Of a stretch of 64,000 nucleotides of DNA, positions 28,270 to 37,716 are shown in pieces. This stretch comes from a bacterium (GTDB lineage Bacteria > Desulfobacterota > DSWW01). Made by a program: the position numbers and the translations under genes. The notes beneath the pieces were generated by a model. It was given only the letters and a program-made list of their open reading frames with translations, had not been told where the DNA came from and did no database searches. Numbering within the stretch: the stretch's first letter is position 1; every line of letters begins with the position of its first letter. The stretch is taken from assembly GCA_040756235.1 (NCBI GenBank), contig JBFLZG010000004.1, forward strand, positions 1 through 64,000, read 5' to 3'.

Positions 28270-29441
28270 GGGGTCGCAGCCAGCTCCAGAATTTCCTCGA
28301 GGGTTGCAAAGACCGTCCTCAAGCGGTTCTTGCTGCGGGCGTAGAAGACGCTCTTGGCCGAGTTCGTGGCCATGCAGTGAAACCTTCCGCGGATCGGCGC
28401 CACGACGAAGCAGGTATCGGCCAGCACCTTGGCACCGCTCTGTTCGATGCTCGCGAGGGTCCCCTCGGCTTCGGCCGCCGCCTTCACGGCTCTGGCCGCG
28501 GCGATCCAGGTTTCCCTGACCACCCGCCTGCCCGCGAGGATGGCCGCGATCCGCCTCAACTCCTCGAGCGAGCAGTGAGGGCACCCGATCGCCACGAAAT
28601 CGACCGGGTCCGGGTCGCTCAGGGCGGCCTTGGCCCTTTCGACTTCCTCGAGCGTGACGACGATTCGCTCTGCAGGCTCTTCGGCTTCCCCGGGGGTGAT
28701 GCCCCGTGCATGGAAGAGGGCGGTCCCGCCGTAGGTCGCAATCGAAGCGCACAGGCTCCTCAACTCATCCGGCCTGGCCCCTTCGATCCCCAGGATGAAC
28801 GCGACCCGGTTGCCAAGCCGGTTGCCCAGGACGCACCCCAGTGCGCCGAAATCGGTCGCGTCCCGCAGGGCGACGTCCAGCCGCACCGTGACGGTCGGCC
28901 TCCTGGCATCCGCCAGGTGCAGCCCGTACTCGGGCGTCCTGCCCGTGAGGGCGGAAGCCAGGGCGCTCGGTCCGCCCTCGCGGTTCGTCCTGGCACCCAG
29001 CACCGAGTTGGCGTAGCACACCGCGGAGCTTTCGCTCCAGGCGACAGGGTCGCCCGGGACGGGTTCGTTTCCGACCAGGTAGGGCGTGCACGTGCAGGTG
29101 GGCCGCACCCCCATGCGCTCGAACGCTCGGATGATCCGGATCTGCTTCCCCGCAAAGGCCTCGCCGACACCCATCCGCTCCCACCCCTCCAGGTCCATGC
29201 CAGCGGGGTTCAGGGTCGCCGGGACTCTGGCGCGCCCGTCCGCGGCCAGCTCCTCGAGGAGCTCGAGCCCGGCGTCGCCGAGGTTGTCGTAGCTCACGCC
29301 GGCGATTTGCACGCTGCGCACATCGACGAGTCGCCTGGCGCCGTAAATCCTGCCCAGAGCGACGAGGATCTCCATCGCCTTCCTGGCGGCGCGGCCGTGA
29401 CTGCCGGCGAGCATTTCCTTGTCGGTGGCCGTGAGCTCCAC
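28266..29441 (-). CDS. Aconitase X large (DUF521) subunit; putative phosphomevalonate dehydratase large subunit
   Basis: GVSYDNLGDAG, TLNP, TCTPY, WSESSA, NSVLGARTNREGG, GCPH, DTC. GTG start with GGGAG RBS. Confidence 0.9.
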   Translation of the reverse strand: MELTATDKEMLAGSHGRAARKAMEILVALGRIYGARRLVDVRSVQIAGVSYDNLGDAGLELLEELAADGRARVPATLNPAGMDLEGWERMGVGEAFAGKQIRIIRAFERMGVRPTCTCTPYLVGNEPVPGDPVAWSESSAVCYANSVLGARTNREGGPSALASALTGRTPEYGLHLADARRPTVTVRLDVALRDATDFGALGCVLGNRLGNRVAFILGIEGARPDELRSLCASIATYGGTALFHARGITPGEAEEPAERIVVTLEEVERAKAALSDPDPVDFVAIGCPHCSLEELRRIAAILAGRRVVRETWIAAARAVKAAAEAEGTLASIEQSGAKVLADTCFVVAPIRGRFHCMATNSAKSVFYARSKNRLRTVFATLEEILELAATP

Positions 29442-29476
29442 GTTTGAGCTCCCCTGCTCTCGTCGATCTCTCTCGA

Positions 29477-30784
29477 TCATCCGGAGAGATATTTCTGCAG
29501 GTCGCACCGGGGAAAAGCAGCCCTCTCGAAGGATCGCGCTTCCTCGCCCAGAGGCTTGGTGCAGTCGAACCCGCATTTTGCGGTGAGGCTCGTTCGGGGA
29601 TCCGCGCTCGGATCCAGGCTGCTGCCCTTCTCCCCTGCCTTGACGACCAGATCCCGGTCCGCCTGGAAGCGAGTTGCCAGTGCCCACTCGACCTCCAGGG
29701 GATCGTAGATATCGATGTCCTCGTCCACGACGAAGACGTGCTTCAGGCTGCGGTGCCCGTTGAAGCCCGCCTCGATCGCCGTTCTCCCATCGTCCGGCAG
29801 CCGCTTCCGTATGCGGATGATCGCGTGGAGCCAGCTGCATCCTCCCGGATTCACGTGCACGTCCAGGCACTCGACACCGGCCTGCCGGACTTCCCGGAAG
29901 ATGGTCGGCTCCCTGGGCATCCCCATGAGGGTCTTGTGCTCGGAACGGCCGGGAAGCAGCGCGTGCCAAAGGGGGTCTCGGCGATGGGTGATGCAGGAGA
30001 CCCGGAGCACCGGCTCCTGCCTCACGATGTCGTAGGTGCCGGTGAGATCGACAAAAGGACCCTCGGCGGCGCGCTCTTCCAGCGAGACCACCCCTTCGAG
30101 GACGAACTCGCAGTCGGCCGGGATCCAGGCTTCGAAGGTGGTCGCTCGCGTCACGGCCAGGGGCTCGAGGGCGTTGGCGATCTCCAGCTCGTTCACGCCC
30201 AGCGGGACCGAAGTGGCGGCTGCGAGGAGCACGCTGGGCCCGCTGCCGATGCAGACGGCGACCGGCAAACGCCCGTCTCTTTGGAGCAGCGTGTCGAAGT
30301 CACGCTGCGCGACGATGCGGACGCTGAACCGGTCGCTGGCGATCTGCATGGCGCGATGGAAATCGACGTTGCAGGTTCCGTCCCGGCCGCGGGTGACGAA
30401 GACGCCGCTGGTCACGTAAGGGCCGCCGTCCGCGGAGCAGTGGAGCAGGATGGGCAGTCGGTTCAGATCGACAGAACCCTCGACCACTTCCTGGCAAGGC
30501 GCGCGGCTGACCGGCTCCGGCCGGCTGGGATGCTCGATGGCGTGAACGAGTCTCGGAATCAGGTGCGCAGGCTCGATGCCGAAGTAGTCGGCAAAGCTCT
30601 TCTTGCCTGCGAACAGATTCCCCGCCACGGAGAACTCGGATTCCCGCACCTGGCGGACCAGGACCGGCCGGCCGTCAGCCTCGTTCAGAATGGCTGCTGC
30701 TTCCAGGTATCGGGACACCGGGCCGGCCACCGAGAGAAGCCTGCCGGAGCTGCCCAGTCGTTCCAGGTAATGCCTGAGTCCCAT
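29477..30784 (-). CDS. UbiD-family decarboxylase; putative anhydromevalonate phosphate decarboxylase
   Basis: DGGPY, EFVLEG, EGPFVDLTGTYD, EHKTLMGMPREP, SLKHVFVVDEDIDI, VEWALATRFQ, GSSLDPS. Confidence 0.9.
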   Translation of the reverse strand: MGLRHYLERLGSSGRLLSVAGPVSRYLEAAAILNEADGRPVLVRQVRESEFSVAGNLFAGKKSFADYFGIEPAHLIPRLVHAIEHPSRPEPVSRAPCQEVVEGSVDLNRLPILLHCSADGGPYVTSGVFVTRGRDGTCNVDFHRAMQIASDRFSVRIVAQRDFDTLLQRDGRLPVAVCIGSGPSVLLAAATSVPLGVNELEIANALEPLAVTRATTFEAWIPADCEFVLEGVVSLEERAAEGPFVDLTGTYDIVRQEPVLRVSCITHRRDPLWHALLPGRSEHKTLMGMPREPTIFREVRQAGVECLDVHVNPGGCSWLHAIIRIRKRLPDDGRTAIEAGFNGHRSLKHVFVVDEDIDIYDPLEVEWALATRFQADRDLVVKAGEKGSSLDPSADPRTSLTAKCGFDCTKPLGEEARSFERAAFPRCDLQKYLSG

Positions 30785-30866
30785 GCATCCTCCGGTCCGG
30801 AGTGCCGGCCTGTGAGAGGAGAGAGCCGGGCGGAGTCGTTCCCCCGTCCCCGCTCGTCCGGTCACC

Positions 30867-30940
30867 ACGTTAAAGAGATTTCCGCGGAGGTGTCAACCCG
30901 ACCGCCATCCTTGACAGGTGCCGACGGGATCGAGTAGAAA
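30867..30940. promoter_or_regulatory. Back-to-back putative sigma-70 promoters
   Basis: TTGACA on the minus strand (30896-30891) with TAACGT, and on the plus strand (30911-30916) with TAGAAA. Both have 18-bp spacers. Confidence 0.4.
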
Positions 30941-30987
30941 ACCATGGGCTTTCGGACCGTTTCTGCTCTCCGGAACCGGCCTATCCG

Positions 30988-31461
30988 ATGTCGGAAATCG
31001 AGCTCTTCCTGCTCTACTTCGGACTGGCGCTCCTCGTCGAGATCGCCGTGGGAGGGCTCTGCTACCGGCTCGCCCGCAAGCGGGGCCGCGATACGATCGG
31101 TTGGTTTCTCGCCGGCTTCGTCTTCAGCGGTGTGGCCCTGTCGATCCTGCTCCTTCTGCCTGCTGTCGAGACGCCCGGCCAGACGAAGAGATGTGAAAGT
31201 TGCGGCCGCATCGTGGAGTGGCGTGCGAGTTTTTGTCCGTCGTGCCGGAGCGCGCTCGCCGCTGCCGAGCCTTATGCGGGCGCCCCGGTGAGAAGGCCCC
31301 TGCGCTCCTGCTTCCTCTACGCGGCGATCTTTTGCCTGCTCGCGCTGTTCGTGCTCGGTCTCATCGGCTACTACTGCGTTCCGGACCAGACCCAGCCGCA
31401 GTCCCCGGAGGAAGAGAGAACCAGGGATCTCTCTTATTTTTCGCCCGCGGGAGGCTCCTGA
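30988..31461 (+). CDS. Membrane protein with zinc ribbon
   Basis: Hydrophobic helices flanking CESC...CPSC. Confidence 0.8.
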   Translation: MSEIELFLLYFGLALLVEIAVGGLCYRLARKRGRDTIGWFLAGFVFSGVALSILLLLPAVETPGQTKRCESCGRIVEWRASFCPSCRSALAAAEPYAGAPVRRPLRSCFLYAAIFCLLALFVLGLIGYYCVPDQTQPQSPEEERTRDLSYFSPAGGS

Positions 31462-32897
31462 ACAGTCACGCGCTGCAGCTCCGCTACCGCGATATTGAAG
31501 TCCTTGATGGTCACATAGTAATGGGCAGCGGCCTCGGTATAGATGCCGAACGCCTCGAAGACATCCTTTGCATCCGACAGCCCCAGGTGAAAGCTGGCGG
31601 CAGAGGTGGCGGCCAGACCCCGGCCACTCTTTCGGCTCTCGGCGGCGAAGGCCAGACGCTGGTGTTGCTCCTCGACTTCCCGGTAAGCCTGTTCGATCTC
31701 CAGGACCAGGCCGGAGCTCGCCTCCCGCTTCTGCTGCTCGAGCCTGAGGACTTCGGCCCTCTTCTCGGCGATTCGATGGGGCAGCCCGAAATCCAGGGCC
31801 AGCCTCCAGCCGAGGAGCACGCCGCCGTCCAGGTAGTTGAACTCCTCGACCACGAACGGGTTCTCCTGCCTGTCTCGATCCGGCGCGACCGCGTACCGGA
31901 ATAGGCCGGTCACAAAGATGTCCGGCAGGTAAGCCCTCTGCTCGGCCCGCAGCTCGGCTCTCTTGGCATCGATGCCGGCTTCGAGCTGTCTCCATTCGGG
32001 CCGCTCCTTTACGTACCCCTGATAGAACTCGAGCTCCTGCAGGGTGAAGGAGACGGGCTTCAGATTCTTTTCCGCCAGCTCGAACTCCTCTCCTTTCGGC
32101 AGTGAGATGAGGCGGCGGATGGCGCTGTGGGTGAGCAGCTTGCCCTTCTTGATCCGGAGGAGCTCTTCCTTGGCCCTGGACGAGCCGTATCGCAGCTTCA
32201 GCAAGTCCTGCTGCGTCACGGTCCCTTCGCCCGTTTCCAGGAACTCTTCGGCCTTTTCCACGGCCTTCTCGAACTGCTCCACGGTGTCCGACACGACCCT
32301 GTCGACCTCGTTGTTGAGCTGCGCCGTGTAGTAGAGCTCCCGGACGGACTTGACGAGCTCCAGCTCGAACTTCTTCATGGATGCCTCTTTGGCTTCCAGT
32401 CCTTTCTGTGCCGCCTCCACGTGCGCCTTCAGACGGCCGAAGGTATATAGGGGCTGATTCACGTGGACCTCGATGCGCGTAAACGGGCCGAGGTCGTCGA
32501 GCAGATTGGAGCGTTCGTCCGGAGAGAAGACGGCGTTTCCCTTCGCTGCGGGCACCAGGCTGGCGATCTCGAATGCCTCCAGCCTGGGGAGCCTTCCGGA
32601 CCGGGCCTGATCCAGTTGGGCTTGCCCCTGCTCCAGGGCATAGTACTCTGCCCAGAGCTGAGGGCTCGCTTCCCGGCTCATCCGGATCAGGTCATCGAGG
32701 GTAAGGGTGCGGATGACCGGGAAGGGGGCATCGGGTCCGCCTTTCTGCTCTGCAGAGGCTGCTTGGGCAGAGCCGTGCAAGAGGACACAGGCCAAGACCC
32801 CCAGGGCCAGGGGCAGGAGGGCGTCAGGAAGGAGAAAAGGCGTAAACGAGGCAGATCGACGTGATCTGGAGTGGTGGGACAGGTCCGAAAAATCCAT
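31434..32897 (-). CDS. TolC-family outer membrane efflux protein
   Basis: Signal-like N-terminus, LTLDDLI, QPLYTFGRL, duplicated coiled-coil/strand pattern. Confidence 0.85.
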   Translation of the reverse strand: MDFSDLSHHSRSRRSASFTPFLLPDALLPLALGVLACVLLHGSAQAASAEQKGGPDAPFPVIRTLTLDDLIRMSREASPQLWAEYYALEQGQAQLDQARSGRLPRLEAFEIASLVPAAKGNAVFSPDERSNLLDDLGPFTRIEVHVNQPLYTFGRLKAHVEAAQKGLEAKEASMKKFELELVKSVRELYYTAQLNNEVDRVVSDTVEQFEKAVEKAEEFLETGEGTVTQQDLLKLRYGSSRAKEELLRIKKGKLLTHSAIRRLISLPKGEEFELAEKNLKPVSFTLQELEFYQGYVKERPEWRQLEAGIDAKRAELRAEQRAYLPDIFVTGLFRYAVAPDRDRQENPFVVEEFNYLDGGVLLGWRLALDFGLPHRIAEKRAEVLRLEQQKREASSGLVLEIEQAYREVEEQHQRLAFAAESRKSGRGLAATSAASFHLGLSDAKDVFEAFGIYTEAAAHYYVTIKDFNIAVAELQRVTVQEPPAGEK

Positions 32898-33211
32898 GAA
32901 GCGCCTCCGGAGGAACGATATACATCATGTACGGATGCCGGGAGAGCCGTCGCTGGCGTCTGGTCCACGAGATTCACCACACAATAGAACGCTAGGGGAA
33001 AGGGGCAAGAGAGTCAAGGATGGTGCCTGTTCTGATGCCTTGGGCTCGGTGGATCCGGGGTGCGTGAGGCCTGAGCAACCGGCAGAGCCGGCAGATCGCG
33101 CACAGCTTCGTATAAGGACGCCCCACTGAGAACGCTGTTGACCCCCATGCAGGCTCTTGATACGCTCTTCAAAATTGCGCGTGCTGTGGTGGCACCGTTC
33201 TTGAGGAAAGA

Positions 33212-33922
33212 ATGCTTATGCCGCTTCAATGGATCGCCGTTGGTCGGGAGCAGCCGTCATCCGGGGGACGATCTCGTCCGGCCGCCCGGAAACTCTACCC
33301 GGCCCGCAGGTCTGGAATTGTCAGGACAGCAGCGCGGATGGGCCTGCTCGGCCTCGTCATCCTGCTCGAGCTGTCTGTGCTCTCGACCTCGGGCGCTGCC
33401 GCGAGTCCGGGCACGTCCGACCCCAAGGCAACGGTTGAGACTCTTCTCAGTCTGGTCGCGAGCCTCTCCAAGGGGAACGAGTCCGATCCGAACCCCACCC
33501 TCACCCGCAAGATCTCGGAGACGATCGACATCGTGGGGGTGTGCCGCACCTGCCTGCAGAATAAGTGGGAGGAGATCGGAGAAGCCGAGCAGAAGAATTT
33601 CGTTGCCCTGTTCCGGCAGGTCCTGGAGGAGGTGGCCTATCCCAAGTCGGCGAAGTTCTTCAAAGACGCTCAGATCGAGATCGGTCAGGTCAAGCAGAAC
33701 GGCGCGGACCAGGCAGAAGTGTTCACCACCGTGACCGACCCCGACGAGGGGATGGTCGACGTGGACTACAGCCTCAAGCTCCAGGGGCCGTCCTGGCTCA
33801 TGGAAGATGTCATCCTGGACGGCGTCAGCCTCGTGACGGACCTGCGAAGCCAGATGCAGAAGATCCTGCGGGAACACTCCTACGAGGAGCTCAAGCGCCG
33901 CCTGCGGGAGAAGCTTGTTTGA
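33212..33922 (+). CDS. MlaC/Ttg2D (HpnM-like) periplasmic lipid-binding protein
   Basis: VDYSL...WLMEDVILDGVSLVTDLRSQM. Signal peptide present. Alternative start at 33338. Confidence 0.85.
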   Translation: MLMPLQWIAVGREQPSSGGRSRPAARKLYPARRSGIVRTAARMGLLGLVILLELSVLSTSGAAASPGTSDPKATVETLLSLVASLSKGNESDPNPTLTRKISETIDIVGVCRTCLQNKWEEIGEAEQKNFVALFRQVLEEVAYPKSAKFFKDAQIEIGQVKQNGADQAEVFTTVTDPDEGMVDVDYSLKLQGPSWLMEDVILDGVSLVTDLRSQMQKILREHSYEELKRRLREKLV

Positions 33923-35216
33923 GCGACGACATGCGCCGGTACAGGTAGAGCAGGTAGATGAAGTAGAACGCCGACCCCAGGGCGCTCAGCCACGCGTAGA
34001 TCCACAGACCCCCAGCCGCCGCAAGGACCAGAATCAGATAGATGAAGTCCCGGTTGCTGATCTTATCGGCAAAGTCGATCTGCCGGCGCAGCTTTCCTTG
34101 CGCAAGCGCCATGCCCTCCACCCGGACCGGCGTCGAAAAGGTGAAGACCGAGTCGGCCTTCAGGAACATGCGCCAGAAGACGGCACCGGCGGATCCCAGC
34201 ACGCCCAAGGCGGACGTCACGCCCAGCCACAGATAGACCGATCCTTCCCCGCGTAGCGCCAGACCGAATCCGATGCAGAAGAAGACAGCCATGTGAACCA
34301 GGTTGTCGCCAAGAAAATCTAGCAGCGATCCCAGCCGCGACTCCTGGTATTTGAGGCGCGCCAATTCTCCGTCACAACCGTCGATGATGCTCGACAGCAA
34401 GAGGAGCAGCGCTCCGATGACGTGGGCGATCCGAGAGTCACCGATGAACAGGAGGGCGCTCGCGAGCCCGATCAGTACGGAGAAAACGGTGATCAGGTTC
34501 GGGGTGACGGGAGAGTAGAGAAGCCGCCGGGTGATCGCGAGTGAGATGCGGCGCTCGAACTTTTGCGACAGAAAGCTCTCGGTCGGCTTGATCAGCCCTC
34601 GCAGGAGGCCATCCTCCGCCCTCTCGCATTCGGCGCGGCTTCTCACAGGAAAGAGCTTCGGCTCCTCGAGGAGCAACTCCTCGGTGTTCCCGTGATTTTC
34701 CGCAAGCCGGGCTGCAGCGCGGACCGTATCGCCTTCTTTCAGAGCGTCCAGGAACGCTGGGGCCGTTGCCGCCGGAACCAGGGCTGCGGGGGGTACCGCG
34801 TCTTCTCCGGCCGGGGGCCGTGCAGGCTTCACCAGGGCCGGGGCCCGGAGGGGCCCCTCGGTGCCGCACAAGTCTCTGAGGACTTCCCGGTCCACGAGCC
34901 AGGCGCCTGAGAGAAACAGGAAATCCTCACACCGGAAGCTCGCGAGCCGCGACCGGGCGGCTTCTTCCCGGCCGGACGGAGGGCTCAGGACAAGGGGGGA
35001 GAACGCCACGTTCTTCGGATCCGTCCGAATACATGCTTCCGCTTCCGGCCAGGGCTCGGTCAGGAGCACCAGACCTTCCCGGATCCCGGCCCGCTGGGCG
35101 GCGTAGAGCGTGCGTTGAAGCAGGCTCAGGCCGCCCACGTGCGTCATGGGGGTCGACTCCTCCGAGGAGCTCGGTGGCTTCGGTCGATCGATCAGGACGA
35201 TGGCCCTGCTCAGCAT
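33891..35216 (-). CDS. CDP-alcohol phosphotransferase with degenerate N-terminal NTP-transferase-like domain
   Basis: TPNLIT, DGCDGELARL...GSLLDFLGD signature. N-terminal VGGLSLLQRTL. Confidence 0.9.
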   Translation of the reverse strand: MLSRAIVLIDRPKPPSSSEESTPMTHVGGLSLLQRTLYAAQRAGIREGLVLLTEPWPEAEACIRTDPKNVAFSPLVLSPPSGREEAARSRLASFRCEDFLFLSGAWLVDREVLRDLCGTEGPLRAPALVKPARPPAGEDAVPPAALVPAATAPAFLDALKEGDTVRAAARLAENHGNTEELLLEEPKLFPVRSRAECERAEDGLLRGLIKPTESFLSQKFERRISLAITRRLLYSPVTPNLITVFSVLIGLASALLFIGDSRIAHVIGALLLLLSSIIDGCDGELARLKYQESRLGSLLDFLGDNLVHMAVFFCIGFGLALRGEGSVYLWLGVTSALGVLGSAGAVFWRMFLKADSVFTFSTPVRVEGMALAQGKLRRQIDFADKISNRDFIYLILVLAAAGGLWIYAWLSALGSAFYFIYLLYLYRRMSSLKQASPAGGA

Positions 35217-36304
35217 GAGCCTTCAACTCCCGACAAGCCTGCGAAAGGGTTTTTCGCAAGTCCGCTCCACCGGGGGATGCTCATGCGGCGCCCGGCTCGG
35301 CGACTGGAAGCGTAGGCGAGAAGGGTGATCTCGAGGCACAAGAACGCTTCTTCGAGCGCCCCGAGGGCTTTGTGCGGTGATGCGATCGCCTCGAGAAAGT
35401 CCTTCAACAGCCCTGCCGTCCAGTCCGGGTGGTGAGATCCTTGCGACAGAGGCGACCCAAAGACCGCACTGCGGGCCTGCCTGCCGGAGCCCCTGAAGGA
35501 GAGTCGATCGTCCTCCAGCAGGAGCATCCCTTTTTCACCGTAGACTCTGGCGGAGTTGTACCGGCCGGGGGCTTTCCACGTGAGGAAGAGGTTCCCGGTG
35601 GCGTGGGGGAACTCGAGCTGGAGATGAGCGCTTTCCTCCGCGCAGCCGTCGGCGCCGGCCGCAGGATCCGTCCAGGCCGAAACGGACAAGGGCCGCTCCT
35701 GATGAAACAGGAGCAGCAGATACATCCCGTGCCACCCGTGATCCAGGAGGATCCCGCCTCCACCCGCCTCTTTCTTTTCCCCCCTCCACTGCGTATGACC
35801 CAGGGCGGGGTGCATGCGCAAGGTATGAAATTCGCTGTACAAGGTCTTTCCCAGCAGCCCTCGCTCGAGCCACTGTCGGGCCCGCGCCAGAATCGGGGCG
35901 TGCTTCCAGTTGTGAGCCGGGAAAGCGACTCGCTGGCGCGCGGCAACGAGCCGCAGGACCCTCCCGAACTCCCTCCGAGAGCCGACGAACGGCTTCTCGC
36001 AGAGTACGTGGAGCCCCCGCTCGAGAGCCCCGGTCATCATGGGGGCGTGCAGAGGAGGCGGCGTGCATATGTCGACGAAATCCAGCGGCTCGGTCCGGTA
36101 GAGCTCCTCCGGGCTGGCATACGTGCGCGCCCGCGGGAGGAGCTCGGATGCACGCCTCCTTCTCTCGGGGTCGGGATCGCAGACGGCCTCGATGGAGGCC
36201 CCGGGCTGTGCCCGCCAGCCGGGAAGATGGCCGTGCTCGGCCATCTTCCCGAAACCCAGGAGCGCGCCTTTCAGATGCCGCAGTCTGTTCACCTTCTTCG
36301 TCAT
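35210..36304 (-). CDS. Gfo/Idh/MocA-family oxidoreductase
   Basis: GFGKMA, ICTPPPLH, HVLCEKP, GGGILLDHGWH. Confidence 0.92.
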   Translation of the reverse strand: MTKKVNRLRHLKGALLGFGKMAEHGHLPGWRAQPGASIEAVCDPDPERRRRASELLPRARTYASPEELYRTEPLDFVDICTPPPLHAPMMTGALERGLHVLCEKPFVGSRREFGRVLRLVAARQRVAFPAHNWKHAPILARARQWLERGLLGKTLYSEFHTLRMHPALGHTQWRGEKKEAGGGGILLDHGWHGMYLLLLFHQERPLSVSAWTDPAAGADGCAEESAHLQLEFPHATGNLFLTWKAPGRYNSARVYGEKGMLLLEDDRLSFRGSGRQARSAVFGSPLSQGSHHPDWTAGLLKDFLEAIASPHKALGALEEAFLCLEITLLAYASSRRAGRRMSIPRWSGLAKNPFAGLSGVEGSC

Positions 36305-36363
36305 GTGTCGCTGTCGCGGCGAAGGACGGTTCGAGGCGAGGGTCGCGGAAAGCACAGTGCCCC

Positions 36364-37716
36364 TTACTGGAGATAAACCTTGGACTTCAGGATCTCCGCA
36401 AAGACCCTGTCCAGGATCTCCACGCCGCGGGCTGCTTCCTGCTGGGAGATGATGAGAGCCGGGTTGATGCGAATGGCGGATGACGTGATCATCAGGATGA
36501 GGCGCTCCCTGAGCGCCATCTGAAAAAGAGCCTGGCTGGCCTGGGCGGACAGCGGCTCTCGGGAGTGCTTGTCCCTGACCAGCTCCACACCGATCATGAG
36601 GCCGCGGCCGCGGACCAGGCCCATGAAGGGATACCGTTCGGCCATCCCCAGCAGGCGCTCGAGCATCCAGGCTCCGAGGGTCCGGCTGTTTTCCACCAGC
36701 TTTTCCTCCAGCAGGACCTCGAGGGTGACTCGTGCCGCTTCGGCGGCCAGGGGATTGCCTCCATAGCTGGACGAGCTCGCGCTCGGCAGGCTGAAGGGCT
36801 TGGCCGACACGATCTCGTCCGTGGAGATCAGGGCGCTGACCGGAAACCCCCCGCCCATCCCCTTGCCCATGGTCATGATGTCGGGGACGACTCCGTCGTG
36901 CTCGACTCCGAAGAACCTTCCGGTTCGGCCGAACCCGGTGATCATCTCGTCGGCGACGAGCAGCGCGTCGTTCTCACGGGCCACCTCCTGGAGCAGCCGG
37001 AGGTAGCCGGCCGGCGGCACCACGTTGCCAGCCGTTCCCTGAATCGGCTCGACCAGGATGGCGGCGATGCTGCCGGCCGTATTGTGACGAATCACCTTGC
37101 GCAGGAACTCTACGCAAAGGAAGGAGCATTGCGGGCAGGTGGAGCCGAACGGGCAGCGGTAGCAGTTCGCGTACGGCGCCAGATGCAAGCCCGGCGCCAT
37201 CGGCCCATGTTGGTGTTTGAAGCGATCGCCGACCAGGCCCAACACGCCGCCGGTCTTGCCGTGGAAGCCTCCCCAGAAACCGATGACCTCGAACTTGCGG
37301 GTATACGCCCGGGCCAGCCTCAGGGCCGCTTCGACGGCTTCGGCCCCGCTGCTGTAGAGTTGCGTCCGCTTCAGGTTGCCGGGGGCGATCTCGGCCAATT
37401 TCTTGAGAAAGCGGAGCCGGTTGCGGGTCGTGAAGCTGCCGAAGATGATCTTGTCGAGCTGGGCCTTGAGCGCCGCCACCTGCTTGGGATGGCAATGGCC
37501 CAGGCTTCCAACGGTCACGCCGGCAAAGAAATCGAGGTAGGTATTCCCGTCCACATCCGTCAGGAACACCCCCTTGCCGTGATCGAGGACCAGGCGGGAG
37601 TTCAGGCACATGCTCTGCACGCCCGGTGCAAGATAGAGCTGCTCCTCGCGGAAGATCGATTCTGATGCAGGCCTGGGCAGGTCCCTTGATGCCGATGAGT
37701 CCGGAAACGAAGTCAC
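36364..37716 (-). CDS. Class III PLP-dependent aminotransferase
   Basis: SGAEAVE, GFHGKT, EPIQG, ADEMITGFGRTG, PDIMTMGKGMGGG. GTGA overlap with the upstream gene. Confidence 0.93.
   Translation of the reverse strand: MTSFPDSSASRDLPRPASESIFREEQLYLAPGVQSMCLNSRLVLDHGKGVFLTDVDGNTYLDFFAGVTVGSLGHCHPKQVAALKAQLDKIIFGSFTTRNRLRFLKKLAEIAPGNLKRTQLYSSGAEAVEAALRLARAYTRKFEVIGFWGGFHGKTGGVLGLVGDRFKHQHGPMAPGLHLAPYANCYRCPFGSTCPQCSFLCVEFLRKVIRHNTAGSIAAILVEPIQGTAGNVVPPAGYLRLLQEVARENDALLVADEMITGFGRTGRFFGVEHDGVVPDIMTMGKGMGGGFPVSALISTDEIVSAKPFSLPSASSSSYGGNPLAAEAARVTLEVLLEEKLVENSRTLGAWMLERLLGMAERYPFMGLVRGRGLMIGVELVRDKHSREPLSAQASQALFQMALRERLILMITSSAIRINPALIISQQEAARGVEILDRVFAEILKSKVYLQ

Noticed and set aside
33190..33204. 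Sigma-54-like TGGCAC-N5-TTGA upstream of the MlaC-like gene
   Set aside because: The -12 GC is replaced by GA and the site is very close to the first ATG. No convincing sigma-54 promoter was found by eye.
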